Shown here: positions 12,613-27,179 of the stretch, piece by piece
Layout: every line of letters starts with the position of its first letter
Numbering within the stretch: position 1 is the stretch's first letter
Assembly (NCBI GenBank): GCA_000004695.1
Contig: CM000151.3
Location: forward strand, 1,184,001-1,248,000
DNA from: Dictyostelium discoideum
Lineage: Eukaryota
DNA: 64,000 bases
Direction of reading: 5' to 3'
Made by a program: the position numbers and the translations under genes
Notes under the pieces: model-generated
What the model was told of the DNA's origin: nothing
Database searches by the model: none
Seen by the model: only the letters and a program-made list of their open reading frames with translations

Positions 12613-13599
12613 ATGGTTGTAATCCTTTTGATTTTAATAAGATTTTGTCAACTTTACAAATATTATTAAAAATTTTAATTTTATCTTGATCAGTATGATT
12701 TGAAATGAATGGTTCACTTTTTCTTGATAAAACTATTAATAAATTATCTATTGGTATTGTTGGATTTTTCCAAATTAATCTTACAACTCCAAATTTAATT
12801 CATTTATTTTTGATTTAAAATTTTTTATTCCTTTTTTTTATTATTTTTTTATACATTTTTTTTTTTTTTTTTTTTTTTTCACATTTCAACATTAGCGAAA
12901 AGTAATTCTATGAGGCGCTGGTGGGTTCAATTGAAAAATTTATAACTAAATAAGCTTATTCTAAAGTGAAAACAATAAACAAATATTTTAAAATAAATAA
13001 AATAACAAAATGATTTAAAATTACAAAATAAATAAAATGAAAAAACGATTTTTTATATTCATCTTTATAAACACTTAGTTTATTATTTATTTTCGTCATT
13101 TTAATCATTTTTGTTTTATTATTTATTTTCATCATTTTATAAAAATTATTAGATTAATGGTAAAAAATCAAATGTTATCCAAATTGATTCATCGTTCTTT
13201 GTTAAATTATCACCATCATCAGTTCTACATAATGGAGGTATAATGGACAGGTGGATGAATGGAACAAAAAGTACGGGTATACCCGAACCACTAACAGAAT
13301 CAACGGCGGCACAATTAGTTTCCAACTTTTTGTTTTAGTTTACATCATGGAACCATAACATAACGCATACCAAACTCTGGTTACGTTCTAAATTTAAATG
13401 AACATTCATGAAAATTCTTCTTTTTTTCTTTTGAATCTTTATCTTTTTTACTATTATTATTATTAATTATTATTATTATTTTTATTATTAATAATATTTC
13501 CAAAATAATATTTTTTTTTAATTTATTTTTGACTGGTTTATTTTTTAGGGAATAAAATAAAGTAGTTGGAGTAAAAAAAAAATTAAAAAATTGAAAAAA

Positions 13600-14250
<651 letters not shown>

Positions 14251-14278
14251 ATTAGTTTTTAATTAAAAGTTTATATTT

Positions 14279-14808
14279 TTATATGTTAAAATACTTACCA
14301 CCACAGGCCTCATCAAGGTGATCTTCTACATAATTAGTTGTGGCATCACAAACTTCAATAGCCATATTAAAAAATGTGACTGTATCTGGGTCAATAATAA
14401 AGGAATAATCTAAAAGTGATGAAATGAAATTAATAAAATAATTGAATAATAATTGATTAAATCTTAAATAAAAAATCAAAAGAATATTTACGTGGATTAT
14501 AGCTTTCATTTCTCTTTTTAATTCTACCCATTACATGAACTTCATCAGATTCCTCTATTTTAAATATTGTTAGCATATGTATTTATATAAAAAATGATGT
14601 TTATTATTGTTATTATCAATGTTTTATAAATTTTATACTCACTTCCAGACAAAATATCTCTGGCTTTTTTAATTTTTTCTGAATCAGTTAATTTGAAAAT
14701 AAAATCATTATGGTCTCCATAGGTTTTTAAACCAAAATAGGCTGTTTCAGATTGTACCAATAATGAAAATGTTAAAAGAAGAGATAATAATACTAATAAT
14801 AATTTCAT
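14279..14808 (-). CDS. Small secreted protein (~98 aa), 2 exons, unknown function
   Basis: Exon 1 is 14808..14643 ([20 protein letters not shown] signal peptide ... DILSG, donor A|GTGAGT, phase 1). Exon 2 is 14409..14279 (acceptor cacttttag|AT.., giving ..N YSFIIDPDTVTFFNMAIEVCDATTNYVEDHLDEACGGKYFNI*). The phases agree. The 233-nt intron is long for this genome, so the model is tentative. Confidence 0.45.
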
Positions 14809-15013
14809 TTTAATATTTTATTTTTTTATTTTATTTAAATTTGTTATTTACAATTGAATAATTATTTGAGAATGAAATAAATTTATTTTTTTCTATTGTT
14901 TAAATAGCTTTAAAAAAAAATAATATTAATAAAAAAAAAATTAATTACTTGAGTGTTTTTTAAACTGTTGGGATGATAAAAACGTAAAATAAATTTAACC
15001 CACTCATGGGGTA

Positions 15014-15059
<46 letters not shown>

Positions 15060-15092
15060 GTAAAAATATATTTTGCTCTTTATAATAATAAC

Positions 15093-15240
15093 AACTGAGG
15101 AAAAAAAATAATCACTTTAAATCTTCCGTGGTTGGATCTGTCAAAAAAAAAAAAAAAAAAAAAAAAAAAATAAAAATAAATATAACTGAGGAAAAAAAAT
15201 AATCACTTCAAATCTTCCGTGGTTGGATCTGTAAAAAAAA
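15093..15240. repeat. Tandem direct repeat, two copies of an ~89-bp unit
   Basis: The sequence ataactgaggaaaaaaaataatcactt[t/c]aaatcttccgtggttggatctgt[c]aaaaaaa occurs at 15093..15150 and again at 15182..15240. Each copy is followed by a poly-A run. Confidence 0.8.
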
Positions 15241-16151
15241 AAAAAAAAAAAAATTAATAAAAAAAAAAAAAAAAATAATAAATATTAATAAAAAATAAAA
15301 GTTAATTGAAATTTTGTAAAATAAAAATAAATATAAAAAAATATTCTTTCTATATTTAAAAAAAAATAAAAAAAATGCAATTATTATTTATCTATGTGGA
15401 AATAAAGAAAACAAAATTTTTTTTGGGCTAATAATTTTATTAAGAATCAAAAAAATTATTTCACCATTAATATTTATTTATCAGATATAGCTTCTAAAGA
15501 AAATAAATGGATTGAAAATCTTGGGATTGGTAATAGAATTACTGTGAATTCCTTTCCTGCATCAAATTTTTCAGTTTCAATTACAAATCTATCATACCAT
15601 TGATAAGTTCTATTTTGATGAAATGTCAAACGAGTAACCATATTTTTAATATATAGTAGAATAATTATAATGATAATGATAATTTATAATTATTCTACTA
15701 TATATTAATCTCACGTGTTTTATTATTATTATTATTATTATAATTATTATAATTATTATTATTATTATTATTATTATAATTATTATTATTATTATTATTC
15801 TTTTTAATAATTATTTTTATTGATTTTATATTGAGATTATTATAAATTAAATGACCTTAAAAATTTTTTATTAGCCAATTTTATCATATTAACTTTTGAT
15901 ACCAATTTTATCACATTAAATTCACCCCGCTAGTTTTACCATATTAATTTCAGCCTAAAAATAGGTGCTCTATGCATGCTAAAATTACCGATGTTAGTTA
16001 TTTTTAGTTTTTTATTTTTTTTATACTTCTTTATCAAAAATGATCTTTGGCGTGTGAAGGTTTCATAGAACCAATTGAACAATAAGAAAACTAAAAACCC
16101 AAGATGACCTTTTAAAAGCATTAACTAAATTAACCGAAACTAGAATTTTTT

Positions 16152-16700
16152 CTTTTAAAATATTTACAATGGAATTTTGCACGTATGTAAATTAAATTTA
16201 TTATTATAATTAATTTAAAAAAAGTAAAAAAATCTAACCTTTTAATTTTATTTTAGTAAATTATTAGAAGAGATTGAAAATTTTAAAAATACAGGAATAC
16301 CAACAGCAAGACCAAACTCTATGAATTATTATGGTGCAGTATACGTTGAAATGAGATTCACCGAATTTTTTAAACAACTTAGAGAAGATTATTTATCATT
16401 ATTCACATCAATTCTATATAAAGATTACAGTGGTGAAAAGTTAAATAGTCATCATGCATTTGCGGTTCAATATAAAATGGATTAAGAAAAAGAATTGATA
16501 AATCTGATATAACTGTAAATTTATGTTTAGGTAGCGAATTCACTGGTGGTTCTTTATACTTTAAAGGAATTTTAGATAAACCTGAAACTCAATAATGAAG
16601 ACTTTGAATTCAAACATATCCCAGGTGTAGCTTTAATTCATATTGGTGTTCATCGTCATGGTGCATTGGGTTTAACAATCAGAGTCAAAATTAGAATAAT
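16152..16700 (+). pseudogene. 2OG-Fe(II) oxygenase (prolyl-4-hydroxylase-like) pseudogene
   Basis: A possible ATG GAA TTT TGC AC|GTATGT mini-exon is followed by an intron and tttag|T AAA TTA TTA GAA (MEFCT KLLEEIENFKNTGIPTARPNSMNYYGAVYVEMRFTEFFKQLREDYLSLFTSILYKDYSGEKLNSHHAFAVQYKMD*). Then, in two other frames, come ..KRIDKSDITVNLCLGSEFTGGSLYFKGILDKPETQ* and ..EDFEFKHIPGVALIHIGVHRHGALGLTIRVKIRI. Together they show the HxD..S.ITxxLxL, GGxLxF and H..R signatures. The pieces are broken by two frameshifts or stops within about 120 nt. Confidence 0.4.
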
Positions 16701-17187
16701 AAATAATAATAATAATATTGTACACTCTAATAAACATTTGTACATAAGATGTTTTTTTTTTCTTTTTTTTTAATATTTAATTATACATGTTTTAAAATTA
16801 AATAATTATAATTTATTTTTTTTTTTTTTTTTATTAGTCAATAATAGCCTCAAAGGTCTTTAATAAATGGACGTAAAATCTTTCTATTCGTAAAATGAGT
16901 ATTGTAAATTTGAAGTATCAACAAATCTTTCAGTTTCAAAAACAAATCTATCATATATTGAATATTTTGAAATTTGCTGTTACTCTTGTACCATTATTCT
17001 AATTTTGATTTTATTTGAGGTATTATTAAGTCTATAAATTGGTACATGTCAATATTATAGTTTGGTTAAGTTTCCTCTTTTTGAAAAAGTCAATATTTTG
17101 AGTCTCATTATTGGAATTGTTGAACCTGTTGAAATCAGAAAATAATTTTCAAAGAAAAAAAAAAAAAGTTGTATATATTTTTATTTT

Positions 17188-17953
17188 TTATTTTTTATTT
17201 TTTTTTGAACTAAAAATATCTACAAATTTCTCACCAGATTCTTCAGCCTTTTTCTTTAAAATATGATTAATCTTTTGTAGTTGATGAGTTTCACTCTTTG
17301 CTTTTTTACGAGGATTATTTTCTTTAGTATTCTTTTTGATTTTATACATTTCATCTATTGATAATTTTGGTTTTTCACCACGTTCTCTATCGAAACCTGT
17401 AAATTCTGGATAATAATCATCACCATATGATGAATGTTGATCAAGAAGTTTTCTCTTCAATTGTTCGTTATTTGTATCCAATGAAATTATATTATCTTCT
17501 TCATCAGAACTTGATGAATCTTCATTAAATCTTTTATCTTGTTCTTTCATATAATCTTTTTCATGTTGTTCATAATTTTCATCAGTATTTGGATATGCAT
17601 ATTCATCTTCATTTTCATCTTGATCTTCATCTTGATCTTGATCTTCATCTATTCTATCGAATATTTGTACTTTCATAATATTTTCTTCACCTGGTACTAT
17701 TAAATCATAAAGCTGTTCATCATCATCATCATCTTGCTCTACTTCACCCTCTTCTTTAATTTCAGTGAATCTACGTTGTTTATTTTCATACTCTTCATAG
17801 TTTGCATCAGTATTTGGATATGCGTATTCATCTTCATCATCATCACCATCATCATTATCATAAATATCAATCTGTTGTTGTTGTTGAGGTTTATCTTTTT
17901 TATCATCATTCTTTTTAACTAATTCACCATCATCATTATCATAAATATCAATC

Positions 17954-18035
<82 letters not shown>

Positions 18036-19332
18036 CTTTTTTATCATCATTCTTTTTAACTAATTCACCATCTTGATTAATAAATATTTTAACAGTTTCA
18101 TCAACTTTGCTATTTGAATTTTCATCACCTTCTTTACCAATTGGTTTGAATTCATTTGAATAATCATCTTTGCTACCAAAATAATTATTACTATTATTAT
18201 TATTATTTACAAGTTTATTCGATGTTGTTGTTGTGGTTGTGGTGGTGGAAGTAGAAGGAGTGGTGGTAGTTGTCTTTTTATTATTAATTTCACATACATA
18301 TTCTTCAGTATCTGAAAATATATTATCATCATCTTCTTCATCAATTATATCTTTATTTTTATTTTTAATATTAATATCTTTATTAATTGTTGTATTTTCC
18401 TTTATATTTTCTGAATCTGAATCTGAAAATATATTATCATGGACATCATCATCAGCATTTTTAATGCTATTATTATTATTGTTATTAATATTATTATTTG
18501 ATGTAGAATCTTTGAAAAATAAATTTTTATCAGGATGATAATAATTTGTGAACATTTTCAATAATGTATTATTAATTGGTGCAGCCATTGTTTGTTTAAT
18601 TTTTGGACAATCCTCTTTACTATTTAAAATTGTAGTTGGTATATGTTGTGGAAAATCTGGGTCTAAATCAAATAGATATAACATTCTACTAGTTTGAAAT
18701 ATTTCTTTATTATATTGTTTCTGTTGTTGTTGTTGTTGTTGCTGTTTAAATTTAGTCTCTTTATCCAAAGATTGTAATTGTTGTGCTAATATTAATTTCC
18801 CAATTTCTGATTTACATTTTATTTTTGATAATCTTTCTTTTTCTTTTTCTTTTTGATTTTGTTGCTGTAATTGTAATTGTTGTTGTTGTTGTTGTTGTAG
18901 TTGATCATTTCCTTGTGATGTTGGTTGTTGTTGTTGTTGTTGTTGTTGCTGTTGTTTTAATTGCTCTTTTGTTGTATATAGTAAATTAAAATCTAAACCT
19001 TTTTTTAAAGTTGTTTCACTATTATCTACATCATTACTGTTATCATTATTATTATTATTACTACTACTACTATTGCTATTACTGTTATCATCATCATTTT
19101 TATTTTGTCTTCTTTCTCTTGCTCTATCTTTATAATTTGGGTCTATCTTTTCTGGGGCTGTTTGATAATATTCATAGTCTCTATCTATCCATTTCTTTTT
19201 TTTAGGTTTATTGTTATTTTTATTATTATTATTATTATTATTAGTATTAGTATTTTCACTATTATTGCTTGATTGACCTAATAGATTTCGAAAATCTTGG
19301 TTTGATAATTGTTTATTACTATCATTATTCAT
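17188..19332 (-). CDS. Low-complexity acidic poly-Q/poly-N protein (714 aa) with an internal duplication
   Basis: A single ORF runs from the ATG at 19332 to the stop at 17188. (CAA)n encodes Q26 and Q9 runs. DGELVKKNDDKKDK..QQIDIYDNDD occurs twice, and DEYAYPNTD[AE]NYE occurs twice. I recognise no domain. Confidence 0.7.
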
Positions 19333-19797
19333 TCAATAATTTATGGTTTTGTGATTTTGGATAAAAATAAATTTAAATAAAAAAAAAATGTAAAAAAAAA
19401 AATAAAAAAAAAAAAAAAAAAATGTAAAAAAAAAATAAAAAATAAAAAAAAAATAAATAAAATAAAAATATTCAAATAATGGTGAAACTTCTTCTTTGTA
19501 AAAAAAAAAATAAAAAAATAAAAATAAAACTTAAAAACATAAAATTGAACTTTTGAAAAAAAAAAAAAAAAAATAAAAATAAAACTAAAATTATTACAAA
19601 ATATAAAAATGAACTTCAAAACATAAAAATGAACTTCAAAAAAAAATAAAACTTAATAATTTATTAATAAAAAATAATTTAACATCAGAAATTAATAATA
19701 TTATTATATTTTTTTTTTTGTTGAAGATATTTTTCCTTGGAAATATCTCAATACCATTTTTTCAAATCTTTTTAAAACCCGTTACCGTAAAATTTTC

Positions 19798-19832
<35 letters not shown>

Positions 19833-19889
19833 TTACTATTTACCGAGTGATGGGGTGTCGATAATAAAATAGGATAAGAAAAAAAAAGA

Positions 19890-22800
19890 ATGAAAACAAT
19901 ATCATTGCTTTTCTTTTTAATTATTTTTTTTTTTATAATAAAGAATATAAAATCAGAACAAACTGAAATTTATAGTTATAATTTCAATAATAATAATAAT
20001 AACATTAATAATATTAATAATAGTAATAATTTAATAAATATTTATTTAAGTTTAAGATTTGGAAATGATTCGTCAGGAAATGGAACTTTATCAAACCCAT
20101 TTCAAACTTTTTGTAAAATAGAATCCGTGTTAAAATCACAAAATAATAATAATTTAACAATAACAGTAAATGTTGGATATGGTCTTTATGATCAATCAAA
20201 TTGTATCTATTTTTCATTAGATAATATTAATTATGATATTATTATAAAATCTTATAATGATAGTAATAATATTGGCAATACTATGGAAAGTATTAGTATT
20301 GGTGGTAGTGATGGTAGTGATGGTAGTAGTAGTAGTAGTGATAATAATGAAATTATAGAAGGAAAAGTTTTAATTCATATTTATTTAAATATTATAAATT
20401 GTAAAATAATATTTAAAGGACCATCAATAACAATATATACGTCTGGATTGGAAGTATATAATAATAGTATAATTGAATTTTCAAATGGAGTTCTAGTGAA
20501 TTTTGGATATGAAGATTTTATACATCAAATGATAAGTTCAAAATTGATTTTAATAAATTCATCAATATCATATAATTCATATGGAGCATTAGTATTGGAT
20601 GATTGTATAATGGATATTTTAGATAATAGTACATTAAATAATATTACATTTAGTTTTAATCCAAATGAACTTTCGGCACCATTCAAGGGTATTAAATTTA
20701 CAAATAGTTTAGCGGTGAATTCAATGTTTGGAATGGGTACTTATGATTTAAATGTGACAAATTCAATTCTTCAAGATTGTGTCATAGAAAGCTCAGGTTT
20801 CACAACAATTAGTAGATCAAGAATTGAACAAACAATATCCAATAATTTAAATTTAATTCAAACAATTGATACCAATTCAATGATAAATTTATATGCAACA
20901 GTTTATACTAAAAGATTTGGTGCAAGACTTTTTATCAATCATACCAAAATAATAACATCACCAACAATAAATGCATTACCAATTTTAGAAGTGTATGCCA
21001 ATTCTTATACAAATATTGCAAATTCATTAATTAGTGGTTATCGTAAAACTACACCAATAATTTTAGCGGAAAATGGTGGTGATAGTTGTACAGTGGAGTT
21101 GAAGCATGTTCATATAGAGAATTGTATCTCTTCATCATTGGCGTCTTTAGCTATGAGTACATTGACGATGTATAATATTAGCTTTAAAAACAATTACCTT
21201 GACTCAATGGTGGTTGCAAATGATGCATCTTCTATAGAGTTAAGTGACACAGTAATAAAATGTGAAGATAACAATCAATTCCTTTCAACTATAACAATGC
21301 CAATTAATCCCAATAGTCCATACAGCCGTCCATTCTCTTCAAGAAGTACAGTGGTATTGAGTAATATGAACTTGCAATGTGTTGGTCCATTTGATTTTCA
21401 AAATTCAACAGTCACTTTTTTAAATATAACAATGTCATCATTATTTCAAAGTGCCTATGTTTCTCTATATTCAAATACTACTTTAGATGTCGCCACAAGT
21501 AGTTTCTCTTCAAGCTCGTATAATGGTGGTCAATTGTTTAGTTTGGGCGATAGTGGTATTTTGTATATTCTATATTGTAACTTTAATCAAAGTGCATCAT
21601 CAATAGTCCAAGGAAATGAAGGCTCAACTGCATTCATTGATTATTCAAATTTTTACAACATAAAATCCGATTACAATGCATTATTTGTTATTGCAAACTC
21701 ATCATTGATCATTTCAAATTGTTACTTTGAAAATATTCAAACCTCTCAAACAAGTTTAATCTCTGGTACCGATTCAATCATTTCCATTGAAAATACCACA
21801 TTGAAACGTATTGGTGTCTATTTAATGGAAACGTCAGATTGTAAAATCTTTATCACTGACGTTACAATGACCAATTGCTTTACATTAATGAATAAGTTAT
21901 TCATTTCTGTACGTGACCATATCACAATTCATTCTTCAAGATTTATAGATAATCATGGATATGGTGGTACACTAATTTCAACATATTCCAGTACAATCAT
22001 CTTTTCTGTTGTTGAATTTAATGGTAATTCATTCACTCCACTACTAAGCTCATTAGGATCAAGTGTTTATCTTACAAATGTCACCTATTACAATAATTCA
22101 GGTTCATTCATTGGTAGTACTAGTGATTTGGTTGAAATTAATCAATTCCAATATGAAAATAATAAAGCACCTTGTGATTATCTATTCAGTTTATCTGGTT
22201 CCTCACCTGTGATCATGAAATCCATAACCATAGAAAATAATTACTTTTCACAATACCTCATTTTCTTTACAGAAGTACATGGTATAGAAATTTCCAATTT
22301 CCAATTCATTAACAATATTGTAGTTTCAGTTAATTCACCATCACCATTCTTTGGAATTGGTTATTTTAATGCAACTTTACAATTTACTTTATGTTCCAAT
22401 ATTTCTATAGATGGTCTTAGAGTAGAAAACAATTCAATAGGGTCTGTGTTTTTATCAAATTATCTTTCTGATTTGGTTTTAAATAATTTATTCATCTCTT
22501 CAAATACATTCTCTGATAAATTTGGTGACTTTTTAAAAAGTTCAAATTCAAGTCTAATAATTGAATCTTCAGATTTTCAAAATAACATTAATAGTATTGA
22601 CTCGGTTTTATTGTCAATCATTGATACTAATACTACAATTGATGATTGTATTTTCTTTGGAAATCAAAATCCAAATGGTATTGGATCGGTATTAAATTTG
22701 GCAATAGAAAACCAACTTTATTACTTTACAATTATCAATTCATTATTTGATTCAAATTTTGCTTTAAATGGTGGAGTATTTGGCTTTACTGGTATTTCAG

Positions 22801-24028
22801 ATTACAATGAAGATGCATTTATTAATCCATTATCTAAATTCAATAATAATACTTTTAAAAACAATTTTGCATCTCAAAAAGGTGGTGTAATCTATACTGA
22901 TTACTTTACATTTTCAAATAATATTTCAAATATTTTAAATTTAAATAATTTTGAAAATAATACTTCATTACTTGGTCCAAATTTTTCATCTGGTATGTAG
23001 TAAATAATTTTATTATTATTATTAAAATTTAAAATATATTATTAACTTTTTTTAAAATTTATTTATTAGAAATGAACTTTAATATTATTGAATTTTCAAA
23101 TTTACCAGATGGTTCAACAGCAATAATTAAATATAGATTTATTGATTATTATAATAATACATTTACACTTTATTCAGATGAATTAAATTTTAAAATTATT
23201 AGAAATTCAAATGATGATCAAATAATTTATGAAAATAATGTAATGGCAGGTCAAGGTAGTTTTTTTTATAATTTTCTTGGAAAAGCTGGTGAAAAGTATA
23301 CTTTTGAATTTAATAATCCATTCAGTTTTAATCAAACCTTTTTCGTTGGCGATTGTTTACCATACCAAATCTATTTAAATTCAAGTGAAACTTGTTCATA
23401 TTGTCAAAATAATTATGCATATAGTCAATCATATGGAAAATGCTATTCATGTGATTCAGAAATAATGACATGTTTAACCTCAACTGTATTTGCAATCGAT
23501 GGTTATTATATAGTGAATAATGATGTTTCAATGGTTGAACAATGTCCATTGGATATGTGTCTTTCTTATAATCTTTGTACATCAAATTCTAGTTTTGGTG
23601 ATTTATGCTTTAGTTGTAAAGATGAATATGGTAATTTAGTTCAAACAAAGAATGGTATAAGATGTTGCTCACATTTTAAACCAATACTTTTAATACCAAT
23701 TTTAGCATTCCATTTACTATTTTCATTAGTATTATCATTAATTAAACACAATAGTTTTAGAATACCAATTAATCAAATTATAATATTCCTTCAAATTAAT
23801 TCAGTAGTATTCTTTTCATATAGTGGTATTTACATTTTACCATTATTCAGAATGTCAGTAGATATGTTAGATGGTTATTGTCTATGGGAAGGTTTAAATT
23901 ATAATTTCAAAAGTTTTTTATCATTTTCAATTATAATTTCATTATTTTTAATTGATTCAACTGATATTACACCTTCAATTTTAATTAAAATTTATAAAAT
24001 AATTTTATCATCATCAACATTTTACAAA

Positions 24029-24082
<54 letters not shown>

Positions 24083-24907
24083 CATTTCAAAAATAATAAA
24101 AATATAAATATAAATAGTAGTAATAGTATTTCAATAACAAAATCAATTGAAAAAGAAATATTAATTGAAAAAAGGTATCCAAATTTTTTAAAAGTAATTA
24201 TTAAAAATAAGACATTTGATGAAAGATCAGAATCAAATATTTATTATTGGAAATCTATTTGGTCATTATTTCAATTATTTGTAATTCCATTGGCATTCAG
24301 TGCAATATCATCAGTAATATCAAAACAAATTAATGGTGTAAATTATTTATCAGTAGATTTTTCAATCAATTATAATCAATCAAATTCAAATCAAGCTTGT
24401 ATTATAATTTCAATCATTATTTTCATGATACTGTTGATAGTATTATTCATGCAATTAATATTATTATTGACATTTAATTATGGTAATCAATTATTTAAAA
24501 ATAGAATTACACTTTATCTTCACAAGATTCAACAAACATTAAACTATAAAGAAGGTCTTAAATGGTTTGATCTCGTTATAAACCTAAAGTCTATACTTTT
24601 TTGTATCCTATCGGTCACTATGTTATTTAAAATGCAATTCTATACCGCTGCAACCATTCCAGTTCAAATCGTTTATTCTATAATTTATCTACTTGTAAAT
24701 CCAATTAAAAAAGTTCCTTCAAGAGATCCAAACAACTATATAAACCTATTACTATTAATAATATTTGTTGTTGCAAATTCAAATTTTCTACAATTAAAAT
24801 CAATCTTTAATCAAGGTTTAGCAATAACTTGTCTTTCATTCTTTTTTGTTTTTATTTTAATTATTTTCGTATTTTTATTTGATGGTAAAAAAAATAAAAA
24901 AAATTAA
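19890..24907 (+). CDS. Large secreted protein (~1646 aa) with Pmp/parallel-beta-helix-like repeats, a Cys-rich module and a ~9-TM C-terminal region; 2 exons
   Basis: Exon 1 is 19890..22992 (signal peptide MKTISLLFFLIIFFFIIKNIKS; N/S/T/I-rich repeats with F-x-x-N and GG[VAT][IL] motifs, e.g. FKNNFASQKGGVIYTDYFTFSNN; donor TCT G|GTATGT, phase 1). Exon 2 is 23070..24907 (acceptor tttattag|AA ATG, so ..SSG-E-MNFNII..). The Cys-rich stretch is CSYCQNNY..CYSCDSEIMTC..CPLDMC..CFSCKDEYGN..GIRCC. Hydrophobic helices follow, e.g. ILLIPILAFHLLFSLVLSLI, IIIFLQINSVVFFSYSGIYILPLF, ACIIISIIIFMILLIVLFMQLILLLTF and LAITCLSFFFVFILIIFVFLF. Confidence 0.85.
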
Positions 24908-25396
24908 AAATTAAAAAAAAAAGAATATGATAAAAAATAAATTGTTTATTTGATGATAGTAATTCATTATTATCACTAATATGAATTATACATTTAAATT
25001 AATATCATAAATTTTTTTTTTTTTTTTTTTATAAAAAAAGACATTTCCCCAAGATTTATTTCAAAACAAAAAAACCAGAAAATGTCTTTTTTTAATTTAT
25101 GGTTAATGCTTTCTCAAATAATTGAGCACAAAGACTTTAAAAAGCCGGTGCCTTCATGACAAACCATGGTCATGATCCTACTAAATGGTCAATTTAATCA
25201 ATATTTAATATAAAATAAATGAAATAAAAAAATGCAAAACATAAATATAAATAAGTAAATAAAAGACATAAATAAAACAAATATTTATTCCATAACTTGT
25301 ATATCTCATTCCATGTTTTTTTAATTTCTTTTTAAAAAGGTTTTTATTTTTTAGTTTATTTATTTATTTTTTATTTTTTATTTTTTTTTAAAAGTG

Positions 25397-26102
25397 TTAC
25401 CTTTTTGTTTTTGGTGTTGTTTTAGAAGAAGAAGAGGATGTTGTGGTGGTTGTTGTTGCTGCTGGAGGGGATGATTTTTGGAGTAAATGAGCAGGAGGTG
25501 GATGGGGAACATCAATAATTTTGTAAACTTCAAGATTGACGATAAAGCAATTGTCAACCAAGAAACCATTATTAGGATCTTCTAAAATTGATTTTTTAAT
25601 GACAGTTGTTTCACCATAACCATAGTTATACATCACTTGACTACTGTTATTTAATAATTCATTATCCCAATAAACTCTAATACTCTTTTTTGGATCAACA
25701 TTTAATAATTCAATACCAAATGAAATTATGATTGATTCATTCTCTTTCTTACATTTGTTTAAGTAAAATGATAAATAATCCTTCTCATTTTCAGTTTCAC
25801 CATTTATAAACAACTCTGAATAGAATTTATATTTACCTATAGTATGATTGTGTTTGATTGATACACCAACACCATGTCTAGCATTTAACTTTGTAAAATC
25901 TTTAAATAAAATTTGGTTCCTAAAAATTGTATTACTTCTATCAACCATAGCCATTTTATCATCATCATCATTTACTTTATCTTCACTTCCCATTTTAACA
26001 TCACCATTATCATTGATTTTACCATTTTCATTTTTACTATTATTGTCATTACTATCTTCAACATTTTCTCTATTTCTATCCTTTTTGATATCATATACAT
26101 TT

Positions 26103-26197
<95 letters not shown>

Positions 26198-27121
26198 TGT
26201 ATCTTCTACACTTTTAATGTTGTTGTTTTTGTTATCTTCACTTTCATTACTATCTTCATTTTCTTTATTTTTTTTAATATCTTCTAAAATGTCATTAGTT
26301 GGTTCTGTATCATTTGAAGTGTTTATATTACTATTTTCTTTTTCATTTTCTTTTTCATTTACATTTGCATTTGCATTTTCATTTTCATTTTCATTTTCAT
26401 TTTCATTTTCATTTTCATTTTCATTTTCATTTTCATTTTCATTTCCATTTCCATTTTGATTTTTTTGTTCTTGTTCTTTTCCTTGTTTTAATAATGATTT
26501 AGTTGGGCTAGAAGACTCAACTATTGATTCAATTATTTTTGTTTCAATTGATTCTTTTATATTTGTTTCATTTTCTTTATCAGTAGTAATTTCTGGCTCT
26601 ATCATAGAGTTAGATAAAACTTTTAGTGAGCTTATTGTTGAATTTTCTGTTGAATTTAGGATTGAAAATGATTCTGTTGTTTCTAAACCATCTTTTCCTT
26701 TTTCTTCAACTTTTTCTGATGTCCTAAGGGTTATAGTTTCTGTTGAATTTACTGTTTCTGCTGCTGTAGTTATTGTTGTAGTTGTTGTTGTAGTTGTTGT
26801 TGTTGTTTCCGCTGTATTATTGGATTCTTCTGTGGATTCTGATGCAGTTGCTTCTGTTGTTTCCGCTGTTGTAGTTGTGGATGTTGTTTCATTTATATCA
26901 GTCATTGATGCTTCATTATTAGTACCATTTAATATGGTATGGGTACTAGTAGTATTTGAGTTATTGGTTGCAGTGGCGGCAGTAATATTATCATCATCAT
27001 TATTTTTATTATTATTATTATTATTTTCATTAATATTATTATTAATATTTTCATTAATATTTTCCATTTGAATATCATTAGTAATAGTTGTATTTTGTGG
27101 TGGTAGTGGTGTTGGTGGTGG

Positions 27122-27179
<58 letters not shown>

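Noticed and set aside
25848-26502. Plus-strand ORFs antisense to the TRAF-like gene (25848..26459 etc.) and poly-V/L ORFs antisense to the poly-Q gene (17734..19205)
   Set aside because: They are antisense or alternative-frame readings of low-complexity coding repeats ((GAAAAT)n, (AAT)n, (CAA)n).
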